DNA of 63,982 nt, filler included, from a bacterium (GTDB taxonomy: Bacteria; UBA9089; CG2-30-40-21; SBAY01): NCBI GenBank assembly GCA_040757115.1. It is 9 parts of 9 records of this genome, joined end to end, with 100 filler letters (N's around TTAATTAATTAA, not from the genome) between each part and the next. Parts side by side here need not be neighbours in the genome. Positions count along the whole stretch, not along the records: positions 30,286 to 37,640 come from JBFLYA010000187.1; positions 37,741 to 45,075 come from JBFLYA010000188.1; 7 more parts are not named here. One strand, 5' to 3'. The notes under the pieces were generated by a model. That model was given only the letters and a program-made list of their open reading frames with translations. It ran no database searches and was not told the DNA's origin. A program made the translations under genes and the position numbers. Shown here one piece after another: positions 31,981 to 41,874 of the stretch. The first letter of the stretch is position 1, and each line of letters begins with the position of its first letter.

Positions 31981-32778
31981 TTACCACGGATTTCCACTAT
32001 CTCTTATTGGGAATTTTTTTATCTGAGCACCTGTTGGTGGTGTTACTGGGGAAGTATCTTTGGCAATGGCAATTGCCTCCTCTAATTTCACATCCTGTGT
32101 ATAGAGTGCCTTACCAACAATTATCCCCACTACTCCATATTGAACATAAGGGAGTAATTTTTTTATATCTTCCAATGTGGAGACGCCGCCAGAGACAATA
32201 GTTCTCATTTTAATTGCCTGAGTAAAACTACGGATAGCATCAAAGTTAGGTCCTTCAAGCATACCATCACGGGTAATATCCGTATAAACCAATTCTCGCA
32301 CACCAATTTGTTTCATTTCTTGAGCTAATGTCACGGCAGAATATTCTGTCATTTGTTGCCAGCCCCAAACCGCAACATTGCCACCTTTGGCATCAATACT
32401 AACAACTATCCTTTCTCTAAATTGAGCAATAATAGCGCGGGTAAAATTTGGGTCAATAGCGGCTTTTGTGCCAATAATAAGTCGGCTCACCCCTGTCTCG
32501 AATGCCTCTTTTACACTCTTTATGTCTCGAATGCCACCACCCAGTTGAACCGGTATTTTAATCTGTGAGACAATTTCTTTTACCCGGGGTAAGTTTTCTA
32601 ATCTGCCGGAGATAGCACCGTCTAAATCTACTACATGGAGCAGTTTTGCCCCCTTTTCTTCCCACATCTTAGCAATTTCAACTGGATTGGCAGAATAAAT
32701 AGTTTCTTCCTCTGGTTTGCCTTGAGTTAGCCTGACAACTTTGCCTCCTTTTAAATCTATTGCTGGAATAATTAACAT
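31981..32778 (-). CDS. hisA: ProFAR isomerase HisA
   Basis: IIPAIDLKGGKVVRL, HVVDLDGA, GGGIR, TDITRDG. Confidence 0.97.
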   Translation of the reverse strand: MLIIPAIDLKGGKVVRLTQGKPEEETIYSANPVEIAKMWEEKGAKLLHVVDLDGAISGRLENLPRVKEIVSQIKIPVQLGGGIRDIKSVKEAFETGVSRLIIGTKAAIDPNFTRAIIAQFRERIVVSIDAKGGNVAVWGWQQMTEYSAVTLAQEMKQIGVRELVYTDITRDGMLEGPNFDAIRSFTQAIKMRTIVSGGVSTLEDIKKLLPYVQYGVVGIIVGKALYTQDVKLEEAIAIAKDTSPVTPPTGAQIKKFPIRDSGNPW

Positions 32779-32917
32779 AATTCACCACCTCCATTTTGGT
32801 AACTGATAATTGGTGAATGGTGATTAGTTACCAATTATCACTTACTTGCTTTTAAAGTCTTCTTAGACTGATTTTAAATTATAACATACTTAACAATAAT
32901 AATCAACAAAAAAATTA

Positions 32918-33170
32918 GTAAGCGTTCACCGCAGAGACACAGAGACGCAGAGAAAAAATTAAAAACTATTTACCATACGCTTCATTCCATTCCTGATTTT
33001 CATCAGAGCAAGCTTTTGAGGCCCGACATCTCATGATTGATTAATAATTTGGTTTTGATGTCCTATGTATGACAATGATTACCTCAATAATCTTTTCTGT
33101 TATCTGATTTATTTCCATATCTTCTCTGTTCCTCTGCGTCTCTGCGGTAAAGGATTACCTGAACGCTTAC
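32918..33170. mobile_element. MITE family B
   Basis: GTAAGCGTTCA...TGAACGCTTAC perfect 11-bp terminal repeats. Confidence 0.8.
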
Positions 33171-33185
33171 CTGATAATTCAATCT

Positions 33186-35393
33186 TTACCCAATTTCCCC
33201 CAGCACAAGTTTATCCTTGAATTGATAAGAGAATGTTTTATAAATAAATTGGTTTTCTGTTTTTTTTAAGAACGGGTCTTTATCGAGGATAGCAAAGGCT
33301 TCTTTGCGGGCTAATTCCAGCCATTTAACATCATAAAGGATATTAGCCAATTTCAATCTAATCATTCCGTGTTGGCGAGTGCCAAAGAATTCGCCTGCCC
33401 CGCGAATTTCTAAATCTACTTCAGCGATTTTAAAGCCATCTGAGGTTTGACATAGCGTTCCCAGTCGCCTGGCACCTTTTAAAATAGTCGAATCAGGGTC
33501 TTCCTGTAGATTTATTGGCTGATTAGAATTAACCAATTCAGCAATATCTTTCTTAGTAACCAGGATACAATATGATTTATGTTCCCCTCGTCCCACCCGA
33601 CCACGGAGTTGATGTAATTGTGCCAGCCCAAATCGCTCGGCATGTTCGATTAACATTATCGTCGCATTTGGAATATCAATCCCCACCTCAATGACCGTAG
33701 TTGAGACTAAAATATCTATTTCCTTATCTGCAAAACTTTTCATTACCTTATCTTTTTCTTCGGTTTTAAGTTGGCCATGTAAAAGGCCTAATTTGAATTC
33801 AGGGAAATCATTTTTTTGTAAATGGGCAAACATCCTGGTTGCGGCTTTTAATTCCAGCTCTTCTGATTCCTCAATCAATGGATAGACAACATAGGCCTGC
33901 CTGCCTTTTTGAATTTCATCTTTAATAAAGGCATATATTTTTGGCAAGTCTTTTTCTGACCGACATTTGGTAATGACCTTCTGGCGATTAGGCGGCAATT
34001 CATCAATGACTGAGGTATCTAAATCTCCATAAAGCGTCAGGGCTAAAGTTCTGGGAATCGGTGTCGCGGTCATTACCAGGACATCCGGGCTTATGCCTTT
34101 ACAGGCTTCTTTTGCCTTGTTTTTTAACTCCGCCCGCTGAAGGACACCAAACCGATGTTGTTCATCAATAATACATAATCCTAAATTTTTAAACTCTACC
34201 CCTTCCTGAATTAATGAATGAGTGCCAATAGCAATATTTATCTCACCATTCTTTATCTGACTTAAACTTATGTCTTTATCAGATTTTTTTATACTACTGG
34301 TTAATAAAGCAACATTTATCCCAAAATTTGACAATAATCCTTGAATGGTTAAATAATGTTGTTCTGCAAGGATTTCTGTTGGCGCCATAATTGCAGTCTG
34401 GTAATCATTTTCAAATGCCACTATGGCGGCACAGGTTGCCACAACGGTTTTCCCGGAACCAACATCCCCATGAATAAGTCGATTCATTGGTTTTTCAGAG
34501 GTCATATCCGTAATTATTTCTTTAATCACCTTTTTTTGAGCCGAAGTGAGAACAAATGGCAAAGATTGGATAAAAGCGGTAAGTAATTTAAAATCTGTCT
34601 GAAATTTAATATATTTTTCTTGTTCTGCCTTTTTTTTAGTCATCCCTAAGGCTAATTGTAATAAAAAAAACTCCTCAAAAATGAGTCTGTTCTTTGCATT
34701 TTTATACCCTGTCCAATTTTCTGGAAAATGAATATTATTCAAAGCATATCTAATATCTGGTAGTTGATATTTGGAGAGAATACTGGCTGGTAAAATCTCA
34801 ATAAGATTAGCGGTGTATGTCTCTAATGCCTTTTTAATTGCGGTCCGAATTAATCTTTCACCAGGAACAGGCGAAACTTCTTGCGTCAAAGGATAGATAG
34901 GAACAATCCGATTATGATGAATCATCTCATTTTCCTGCTCATTTAAGATGTCATACTCAAAATCCGTGATTTGTATCTCTCCACGAAACCGACGCACCCG
35001 CCCACTCACAATTAATTTTAAACCAGTGGTCAGGAACTTTTCCATTTTGGGCTGGTTAAAGAATAACAAAAAGGCATAACCCGTGCCATCTGAAATAACC
35101 ACCTTGAGTAACTCTATTTTCCGTCCTGGCAATCTTGATTTCTTATACCCAATGATTGTTCCTTGAAATGTTTCCTTATCCCCATCGACTAAGTTAAATA
35201 TAGATTTAAGATGTCTTCTATCGTGATAGGCACGCGGATAATATTCAAGCAGGTCTTTTATCTGGTTAATGCCGAGTGCGGCAAGGATTTTTGCCCGTTT
35301 TTCTCCTACCCCTTTCAGATATTTAACCGGCATCCTCAATTCATTCAGTAGAAAATTAGCTTCCATCTTATCCTCATGAATTGGTAATAACAA
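33186..35393 (-). CDS. recG: ATP-dependent DNA helicase RecG
   Basis: GDVGSGKT, DEQHRFG, TATPIPRT, QLRGRVGR. Confidence 0.97.
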   Translation of the reverse strand: MLLPIHEDKMEANFLLNELRMPVKYLKGVGEKRAKILAALGINQIKDLLEYYPRAYHDRRHLKSIFNLVDGDKETFQGTIIGYKKSRLPGRKIELLKVVISDGTGYAFLLFFNQPKMEKFLTTGLKLIVSGRVRRFRGEIQITDFEYDILNEQENEMIHHNRIVPIYPLTQEVSPVPGERLIRTAIKKALETYTANLIEILPASILSKYQLPDIRYALNNIHFPENWTGYKNAKNRLIFEEFFLLQLALGMTKKKAEQEKYIKFQTDFKLLTAFIQSLPFVLTSAQKKVIKEIITDMTSEKPMNRLIHGDVGSGKTVVATCAAIVAFENDYQTAIMAPTEILAEQHYLTIQGLLSNFGINVALLTSSIKKSDKDISLSQIKNGEINIAIGTHSLIQEGVEFKNLGLCIIDEQHRFGVLQRAELKNKAKEACKGISPDVLVMTATPIPRTLALTLYGDLDTSVIDELPPNRQKVITKCRSEKDLPKIYAFIKDEIQKGRQAYVVYPLIEESEELELKAATRMFAHLQKNDFPEFKLGLLHGQLKTEEKDKVMKSFADKEIDILVSTTVIEVGIDIPNATIMLIEHAERFGLAQLHQLRGRVGRGEHKSYCILVTKKDIAELVNSNQPINLQEDPDSTILKGARRLGTLCQTSDGFKIAEVDLEIRGAGEFFGTRQHGMIRLKLANILYDVKWLELARKEAFAILDKDPFLKKTENQFIYKTFSYQFKDKLVLGEIG

Positions 35394-35418
35394 TCATACA
35401 CTATTTAACAACTTCCCA

Positions 35419-35623
35419 GTAATTATTCAGCCACAGATAGACACGGCTGAAACACTGAAAATTCGTAAATCGTGTCCGTAGTTAGGCTGAAGGTTTTTCC
35501 TCCTGTTGTCCTCTGCCCTCTGCCCTCTGCTCTCTGCCTTCTGCCCTCTGCCTTCTGCCCTCTGCCCTCTGTCCTCTATATTTATCCCTGCTAATCCGTG
35601 TTAATCAGTGGCTGAATAGTTAC
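35419..35623. mobile_element. MITE-like element containing (CTCTGCC)n heptamers
   Basis: GTAATTATTCAGCCAC...GTGGCTGAATAGTTAC terminal repeats. Confidence 0.75.
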
Positions 35624-35639
35624 CTTTGCCATATCAATC

Positions 35640-36815
35640 TTATCCTATTAAGAATTTTTTAGTAAGATATTCTTCAGACATTTTCTCTTCTGCTGGTAAA
35701 TATATTCTAACGGAAATGTCTAAATTTTTTAAATATTTACACATTAAAGGCCCAATATCTTGCCACTTTAAATTTCCAAGTCCACACCCAAGAGCAGGTA
35801 AAGCCAGAGATTTTATTGCTTCTTTTTTATAATTATCAACTATCCAATTTAGCCCTTTTTCAATCCCTTTTATATCTGCATCTTCTTTAAAGTGTTGCTT
35901 GGTAGGAAATAGAAGAAACCATGTTGCACCATTCCCATTTTTTAATGTAGATGGTTCATCTGCCAATTGATAATCAAGAGAACTCTCTCGTTTGTAAAGA
36001 TATGGTTTTCCCATTTGTAATTGTAATGGACGATTTCTGCAAACATATTGGTATTGAACATAGACATCTGGAAACTGCCATTTTGCACGAGAAGCAAGTC
36101 CTTTTCCCATAACACCAACACAATTTACACTTATAGTAAGTGTTTGCATCCTTGAAAAGAACATATCTCCGTCTGTTACATATAACAACGGAGTAATTTC
36201 TATCTCACGAGAAGGTTTGAAAAACATATTCGGTTGGGGAACAACAGATATAGGGAACGATGATAAAAATTCTTTTATTTTATTAGCAATATTATGATTT
36301 GCAACATAAATTGTATGAATATATTCTGGTGAAATCATATCCGGGACAAGACACTCAGCCATTATTTTCCTTTTATCTCCACTTTCTTCAGTCCACCATT
36401 TTTTATCAAGAACTTCTGTTAATTTATATAGTGTTTTCTTTCCCTCTTTGGCTGGAAGTATTTCTGTAGCAGAACTGGCTGCATTACCCGAAGAAATAAA
36501 AATATCATTACGATTCAATATATCTAACTTAATAGCGATAACTACAATATCATTATCTGATTTCTCACAGACTACCCTGAATAACATCGGATTTCTTGGT
36601 TGAAAATACACATTAGCAAAATCCCATAGATTTCTACCACTGCCATCAGGTATAATTCTATTACGACGATTTTCTATAATCTCTTTATCATATATGGGTG
36701 TATAACTGATTTGGCGTTCTTCTACCTGTTTATGTGACAAAATGCCATTCTTCAATATAGAAGGTAAATTGTCTATGTGTGTAATATAATATAAATGTCT
36801 AATTTTAAATGCCAT
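35640..36815 (-). CDS. DarT (DUF4433) ADP-ribosyltransferase fused to a DarG-type macrodomain
   Basis: YITHIDNLPSILKNG, YFQPRNPML, AECLV; then GDMF, VNCVGVMGKG, FPTK, PALGCGLG. Confidence 0.85.
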   Translation of the reverse strand: MAFKIRHLYYITHIDNLPSILKNGILSHKQVEERQISYTPIYDKEIIENRRNRIIPDGSGRNLWDFANVYFQPRNPMLFRVVCEKSDNDIVVIAIKLDILNRNDIFISSGNAASSATEILPAKEGKKTLYKLTEVLDKKWWTEESGDKRKIMAECLVPDMISPEYIHTIYVANHNIANKIKEFLSSFPISVVPQPNMFFKPSREIEITPLLYVTDGDMFFSRMQTLTISVNCVGVMGKGLASRAKWQFPDVYVQYQYVCRNRPLQLQMGKPYLYKRESSLDYQLADEPSTLKNGNGATWFLLFPTKQHFKEDADIKGIEKGLNWIVDNYKKEAIKSLALPALGCGLGNLKWQDIGPLMCKYLKNLDISVRIYLPAEEKMSEEYLTKKFLIG

Positions 36816-36839
36816 ATCTACACTTCCAATGGTTCTCCT

Positions 36840-37520
36840 AAAAATAGGAAATAGAAAGTAGAGAGTAGAAAGTAGAAAGTAAAGAAAACATCACTCCTCA
36901 CGCCTATCTCCTTACCTCCCACCTTCTATCTCCTACCTACTATTTTCATCCTCATTTGTGAACCCACGGTTCATGAGCGTTTCCCCTGAAAATAAGGAAG
37001 TAGAAAGTAGAGAGTAGAAAGTAGAAAGTAAAGAAAACATCACTCCTCACGCCTATCTCCTTACCTCCCACCTTCTATCTCCTACCACTATTTTCATCCT
37101 CATTTGTGAACCCACGGTTCATGAGCGTTTCCCCTGAAAATAGCGAATTAGTGAATTAGAGATTAGCGAATTAGTATAGTATCCACAGACTCGTATCCTA
37201 TGGTGTAGAACAGATATTCCCCCTTAATAAAGGGGGTTAGGGGGTTGTTCTTCCATTATTTTCATCCCCCTTTGTGAGCCGCAGGTTCATGAGCGTTTCC
37301 CCTGAAAATAAGGAAGTAGAAAGTAGAGAGTAGAAAGTAGAAAGTAAAGAAAACATCACTCCTCACGCCTATCTCCTTACCTCCCACCTTCTATCTCCTA
37401 CCACTATTTTCATCCTCCCTTGTGTCCACCCCGTGGACATGTCCGGTTCTCCTGAAAATAGGCTGAAGGCTGAAGGGTATAGGCTGAAGTTTTGAACGCT
37501 ATTTCCTTCAGCCTATTTTT
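36840..37520 (+). repeat. Array of 52-54-bp hairpin units separated by heptamer-rich segments
   Basis: ATTTTCATCC...CCTGAAAAT at 36942, 37090, 37258, 37406. Confidence 0.9.
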
Positions 37521-38264
37521 CATCGTCCTCGTATAATATATATTGTTGGTCATTTTGAATGCCACAATCCTAATTCCTTATTAAAGCCCCCAAGATTGGG
37601 GGGTGGGGGTTGAAAATAAAATTAAAAAATTAATTATTAGNNNNNNNNNNNNNNNNNNNNNNNNNNNNNNNNNNNNNNNNNNNNTTAATTAATTAANNNN
37701 NNNNNNNNNNNNNNNNNNNNNNNNNNNNNNNNNNNNNNNNATAGTAAATTTCGTGTCTTCACACTATTTCTACTATCGGCAAAAGACCTTTCTTTATTTA
37801 GCTAATTCGTGCCAAAAACTTCTATCATATTGAGTCCTATCCAAAAACTTGAACATCGAGTAATAGTAAGTGCATATAGAAAGATGGACGAGATTTTTAG
37901 GAGATTTGTAACATTCTTTAGGGTTAGATATTATAGGTTAGCATGGAATTTTGTATGAATTTTTCGGGTAATGTCAGCTCTCAAGAGGGAACAGAGAAGA
38001 CATAGAAATTAAATTAGATCACATAAAAGATTATTGATGCAGACATGGAAATACTTCTGACCTGCTTGCCAAATGTTCAGCAGGCAAGCCAGATTTGTTA
38101 ATCCGCGTCTCGTTCATAGATTTTCCCCTCTTGAGAGGGGTTAGGGGTGTGTTTTTCTCTGCGTCTCTGCGGTGAACGGTTACATTTTCGCAGATGAACA
38201 CAGATGAATTATTTCCTATAATCTGTGCTAATCTGTGAAATCTGCGGATATATAAAGTTTGGTG

Positions 38265-38711
38265 TCAGGATGTATGAGCCAGCTGAAGGTGTGATTTTAA
38301 TAGTTTCTCAAATCCTTTTAATTTAGTTTCAAATTCCTCTTCCTTTACCATAATCTGGTCATAATGTTTTTTACTAATAGGTCTATCTTGAACCGCTAAC
38401 CAGACAACTGACCCAACCATTGCTCCATTTAAGGCAATAATAGCGGCTAATAAGATAAACATCCAGTTAAAAAGTCTACTCATATCTTCAAATCTTTTAT
38501 CTACAGCCTCAAATTTAGCATTCATTTCATTTCTTAACCCATTTATTTCACCTTTCATTTCATTTCTTAATCCATTTACTGCCTGGTTAACTTCTTCTTT
38601 TACAATTCGTCGTATCTCTTCTATATCTCCTTTAGTAAGTTCTGCATAAACATAATTTGAAGATAAAAATGTCAGCAATAAAGTAATAGCGATTATAAGT
38701 TTTTTCCGCAT
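38265..38711 (-). CDS. Coiled-coil membrane protein with signal peptide
   Basis: MRKKLII..YVYA signal, NGLRNEM repeats, TM helix. Confidence 0.7.
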   Translation of the reverse strand: MRKKLIIAITLLLTFLSSNYVYAELTKGDIEEIRRIVKEEVNQAVNGLRNEMKGEINGLRNEMNAKFEAVDKRFEDMSRLFNWMFILLAAIIALNGAMVGSVVWLAVQDRPISKKHYDQIMVKEEEFETKLKGFEKLLKSHLQLAHTS

Positions 38712-38889
38712 CTTTTCTTCCCTCCTTGAAAAAGTAAATGTAATTAACCAACATCTTTCTTCTACTAAATAATATTTTACCAAAGATTTTAGTCTCTGTC
38801 AATTAAAATTTATCATCCAATCGAATGTCTCCACTGTTTAGTGGTCCAACTTTTCACTTAGCAATATAACCTCTGTCACCTATCTTCTC

Positions 38890-39882
38890 TCATTCAAACA
38901 AAACCTCTTCCCCCACACAATTTACAATGAACCGCTGTTCATCTTTAAATAAATTAATCTCAAAGGGTTTATATAAAATCTCTCTTTTTTCATTGAGTAA
39001 TATCTTTACCCACGGTCTTATGACGGCATGTCTATTTATTTTAGTTACTACTCCAATCTCGCCGGTATTAAGTCTAACGAAACTACCTGCTGGATAAATT
39101 GACATATCATCAACAAATTCTTTAACATCTTTTACCGGAAAATTACTTCCTGATTGGCTGATAATAAGTCGCATTGCATCATGCGGTAGAAATTTACTTC
39201 GATATGGTTTATCCATAGTTAGCGAATCATACAAATTGACTAAAGATACTAATCTAACTGATGGATGAATCTTATCTTTTGATAAACTCTGGGGATAGCC
39301 ACTTCCATCCCATCGTTCATGGTGTTGATAGGCAATTAACTTTGTTATTTGCGATAATCTCCTATTTTCATTTAAAATCTCATATCCATAAATAGGGTGT
39401 TTTCTTACCTCTTCGTATTCCTTAATCATTAATTTATCGGGTTTGAGTAATATTTCTTCCGCGAGCCTTGTTTTACCAATATCATGAAGCATAGCACCTA
39501 AAGCTATTTCTTCGATTTCTGATTTCTTGATTTCTCGTTTTACACAAAGCAAAATAGTCAAGGCACAGACATTAGTTGAATGGGCAAAGGTATATTCATC
39601 ATGAGTCTTGATTTTTGCCAGATTGACTATTGCCTCTGGGTTAGAAACAATCTCTTCCACCATTTGGGTGATAGCATTTTTTAATGGCTCTTCCTCAATC
39701 GCCTTGCCTATTTTTACATTACTCATAATATACTTGACGGCTTTTAATACCTCTTTTTGTGTCTGGTCAGAGATGGTTTGTGGTATTTCTTCAATTAATT
39801 TTTTTATTTTTTTAGCCTTTGGGCTATCTTGTGTCTTTAGAGTTAGAGGTCCTTTGTAGATAATAATGCCTTTTTTATGCAT
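38890..39882 (-). CDS. HD-GYP domain protein
   Basis: HSTNV, HDIGK, HHERWDGSGYP, KPYR. Confidence 0.92.
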   Translation of the reverse strand: MHKKGIIIYKGPLTLKTQDSPKAKKIKKLIEEIPQTISDQTQKEVLKAVKYIMSNVKIGKAIEEEPLKNAITQMVEEIVSNPEAIVNLAKIKTHDEYTFAHSTNVCALTILLCVKREIKKSEIEEIALGAMLHDIGKTRLAEEILLKPDKLMIKEYEEVRKHPIYGYEILNENRRLSQITKLIAYQHHERWDGSGYPQSLSKDKIHPSVRLVSLVNLYDSLTMDKPYRSKFLPHDAMRLIISQSGSNFPVKDVKEFVDDMSIYPAGSFVRLNTGEIGVVTKINRHAVIRPWVKILLNEKREILYKPFEINLFKDEQRFIVNCVGEEVLFE

Positions 39883-39945
39883 AATTTCTGCCCCCCTGAT
39901 TCTGATGATTAGTAATCTTCCTTAAAAATCGGGGTTCGGGAATTC

Positions 39946-40164
39946 GTAACCGTTCACCGCAGAGACACAGAGACGCAGAGAAGAAAATTAAAATCTATTC
40001 ACCAGAGACAGAAATTTCCTTTTTTGTGCATTTCGGGTCTTTCGTTGTTTATTAATTTTTTAAGCCTTTTTAAACACCGAAAAACGCGAAAAACACGAAA
40101 AAAAAAGATATTTTCCTCTCTGTTCCTCTGCGTCTCTGCGGTAAAGGACTACCTGAACGGTTAC
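39946..40164. mobile_element. MITE family B
   Basis: GTAACCGTTCA...TGAACGGTTAC; inserted between inverted TTCGGGA-type repeats. Confidence 0.8.
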
Positions 40165-40242
40165 TTTATTCCCGAACTCCCAATCCCGAATTCCTTACTT
40201 AATACTATACCAGAAGATATGGAAAAAGGCAAGAGAAAATTA

Positions 40243-40271
40243 TTGACAGTGGAAACAATTTGTGGTATAAT
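40243..40271 (+). promoter_or_regulatory. Sigma70 promoter of galT
   Basis: TTGACA-N17-TATAAT with TG extension. Confidence 0.85.
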
Positions 40272-40337
40272 AATAGTTGTTTAGGTAGTATGACGAATTA
40301 CCACCTACGAGTTTTTTAAAGAGGAGGAAATTGTTTT

Positions 40338-41342
40338 ATGCCAGAATTACGCAAAGACCCGGTCACTAATCGGTGGGTAATTATTGCTACCGAGCGAGCT
40401 AAAAGGCCAACAGATTTTGTTAAAATAAGTAGTGAGGTAAAACAATCTTCTAACTGCCCTTTTTGTGAAGGGAATGAATCAAAAACCCCACCTGAAATTC
40501 TTGCTTATCGACAATCGGGGACCCAGCCTAATACACCAGGTTGGTGGATACGCGTCGTGTCAAATAAATACCCGGCTTTACAAGTAGAGAGCCCATTAGA
40601 AAAGAAGGGGATAAGTATGTTTGATATAGTCAGTGGAACGGGTGCTCATGAAGTAATTATAGAAACGCCAAAACATGAAACAGACATTAGTTCTATTGAA
40701 ATCAGACAGGTAGAAGAAACACTCTGGGCATATCGGGATAGGTCAATTGACTTGAATCGTGACCCGAGATTTGAATACATACTTATCTTCAAAAATCATG
40801 GGCTAAAAGCCGGCGCCTCTTTAGAACATCCTCATTCTCAACTTATTGCTACCCCTATTATACCTTCAGCTATCCGCGAAGAGATGGATGGAGCCGGACA
40901 ATATTTTAAATATAAAGATAGATGTGTATTTTGTGATATTATTCGTGAGGAACAAAAATTTGGGGAACGAATTATTATGGAAAATAATGATTTTATTGCT
41001 ATTGCACCTTTTGCCTCACGATTTCCATTTGAGTGCTGGATTTTGCCCAGGGTTCATGACCCGACATTTCCTGATATTACCAGACATGAGGTAATGGCAT
41101 TAGCTGAAGTTTTAGGTGGCATCCTTAAGAAGATAGGGTCGGTACTCAATAATCCACCATTTAATTACATGCTTCATACCGCACCTTGCAAAATGGATTC
41201 TTCCCAACTTAAACATTTCCACTGGCATATTGAGTTAATACCAAGATTAACGGATATTGCCGGTTTTGAATGGGGGTCGGGATTTTTTATTAATCCTACA
41301 CCACCGGAAGAGGCATCAAGGTATTTGAGAGAAGAAATGTAA
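40338..41342 (+). CDS. galT: Galactose-1-phosphate uridylyltransferase family protein
   Basis: ELRKDP, CPFC, NKYPAL, GASLEHPHSQ. Confidence 0.9.
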   Translation: MPELRKDPVTNRWVIIATERAKRPTDFVKISSEVKQSSNCPFCEGNESKTPPEILAYRQSGTQPNTPGWWIRVVSNKYPALQVESPLEKKGISMFDIVSGTGAHEVIIETPKHETDISSIEIRQVEETLWAYRDRSIDLNRDPRFEYILIFKNHGLKAGASLEHPHSQLIATPIIPSAIREEMDGAGQYFKYKDRCVFCDIIREEQKFGERIIMENNDFIAIAPFASRFPFECWILPRVHDPTFPDITRHEVMALAEVLGGILKKIGSVLNNPPFNYMLHTAPCKMDSSQLKHFHWHIELIPRLTDIAGFEWGSGFFINPTPPEEASRYLREEM

Positions 41343-41491
41343 CTATTATTTATTCAATCAGCTAAGTCAGACTTGTCCGATTACCTATGAATGGACACGA
41401 ATTATAAAAATAATTGTTGCCTAAGGAGGTGATTGATGGTATAATTTGAAGAAAGAAGGTGCTGACATCTGAAAATGAGGAGGTATTTTAA

Positions 41492-41860
41492 ATGGCTGTA
41501 GCATTACCATTAGAGGCTTATGAGACATTTGAAAAGAGGTTTGGGAAAGAGGATGCAAAGAGGATAATAAGGGTATTAGAGGGTGGCATATCAAAGGAGG
41601 TAGAAGATAAGTGGAGAACAACAAAGGATGAGATACTTGAGGCAATAAGAAAAGAATTTATAACAAGGGATGTATTTGAGGAAAGAATAAATGCTCTTAG
41701 AACAGAATTACTTGGCAAAATGGAGAAGGATAAGATAGAGTTAGAAGGAGATATTAAAAGATTGGATATGAAGATGAATTTCCTGATCATCCTTATGTTT
41801 CTTGCTCTAACAATTATGAACCCCGTTGTTGCTGAGCTTATAAAGGGGTTAATAAAATAA
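41492..41860 (+). CDS. DUF1640/CCDC90-like coiled-coil membrane protein
   Basis: Head domain, TK.E/TRD neck, coiled coil, C-terminal TM. Confidence 0.6.
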   Translation: MAVALPLEAYETFEKRFGKEDAKRIIRVLEGGISKEVEDKWRTTKDEILEAIRKEFITRDVFEERINALRTELLGKMEKDKIELEGDIKRLDMKMNFLIILMFLALTIMNPVVAELIKGLIK

Positions 41861-41874
41861 GGAGGTAAATTATT

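Noticed and set aside
36840-37520. CRISPR array
   Set aside because: Spacers are ~96-116 bp, repeated and low in complexity, repeats exceed 50 bp, and no cas genes are visible
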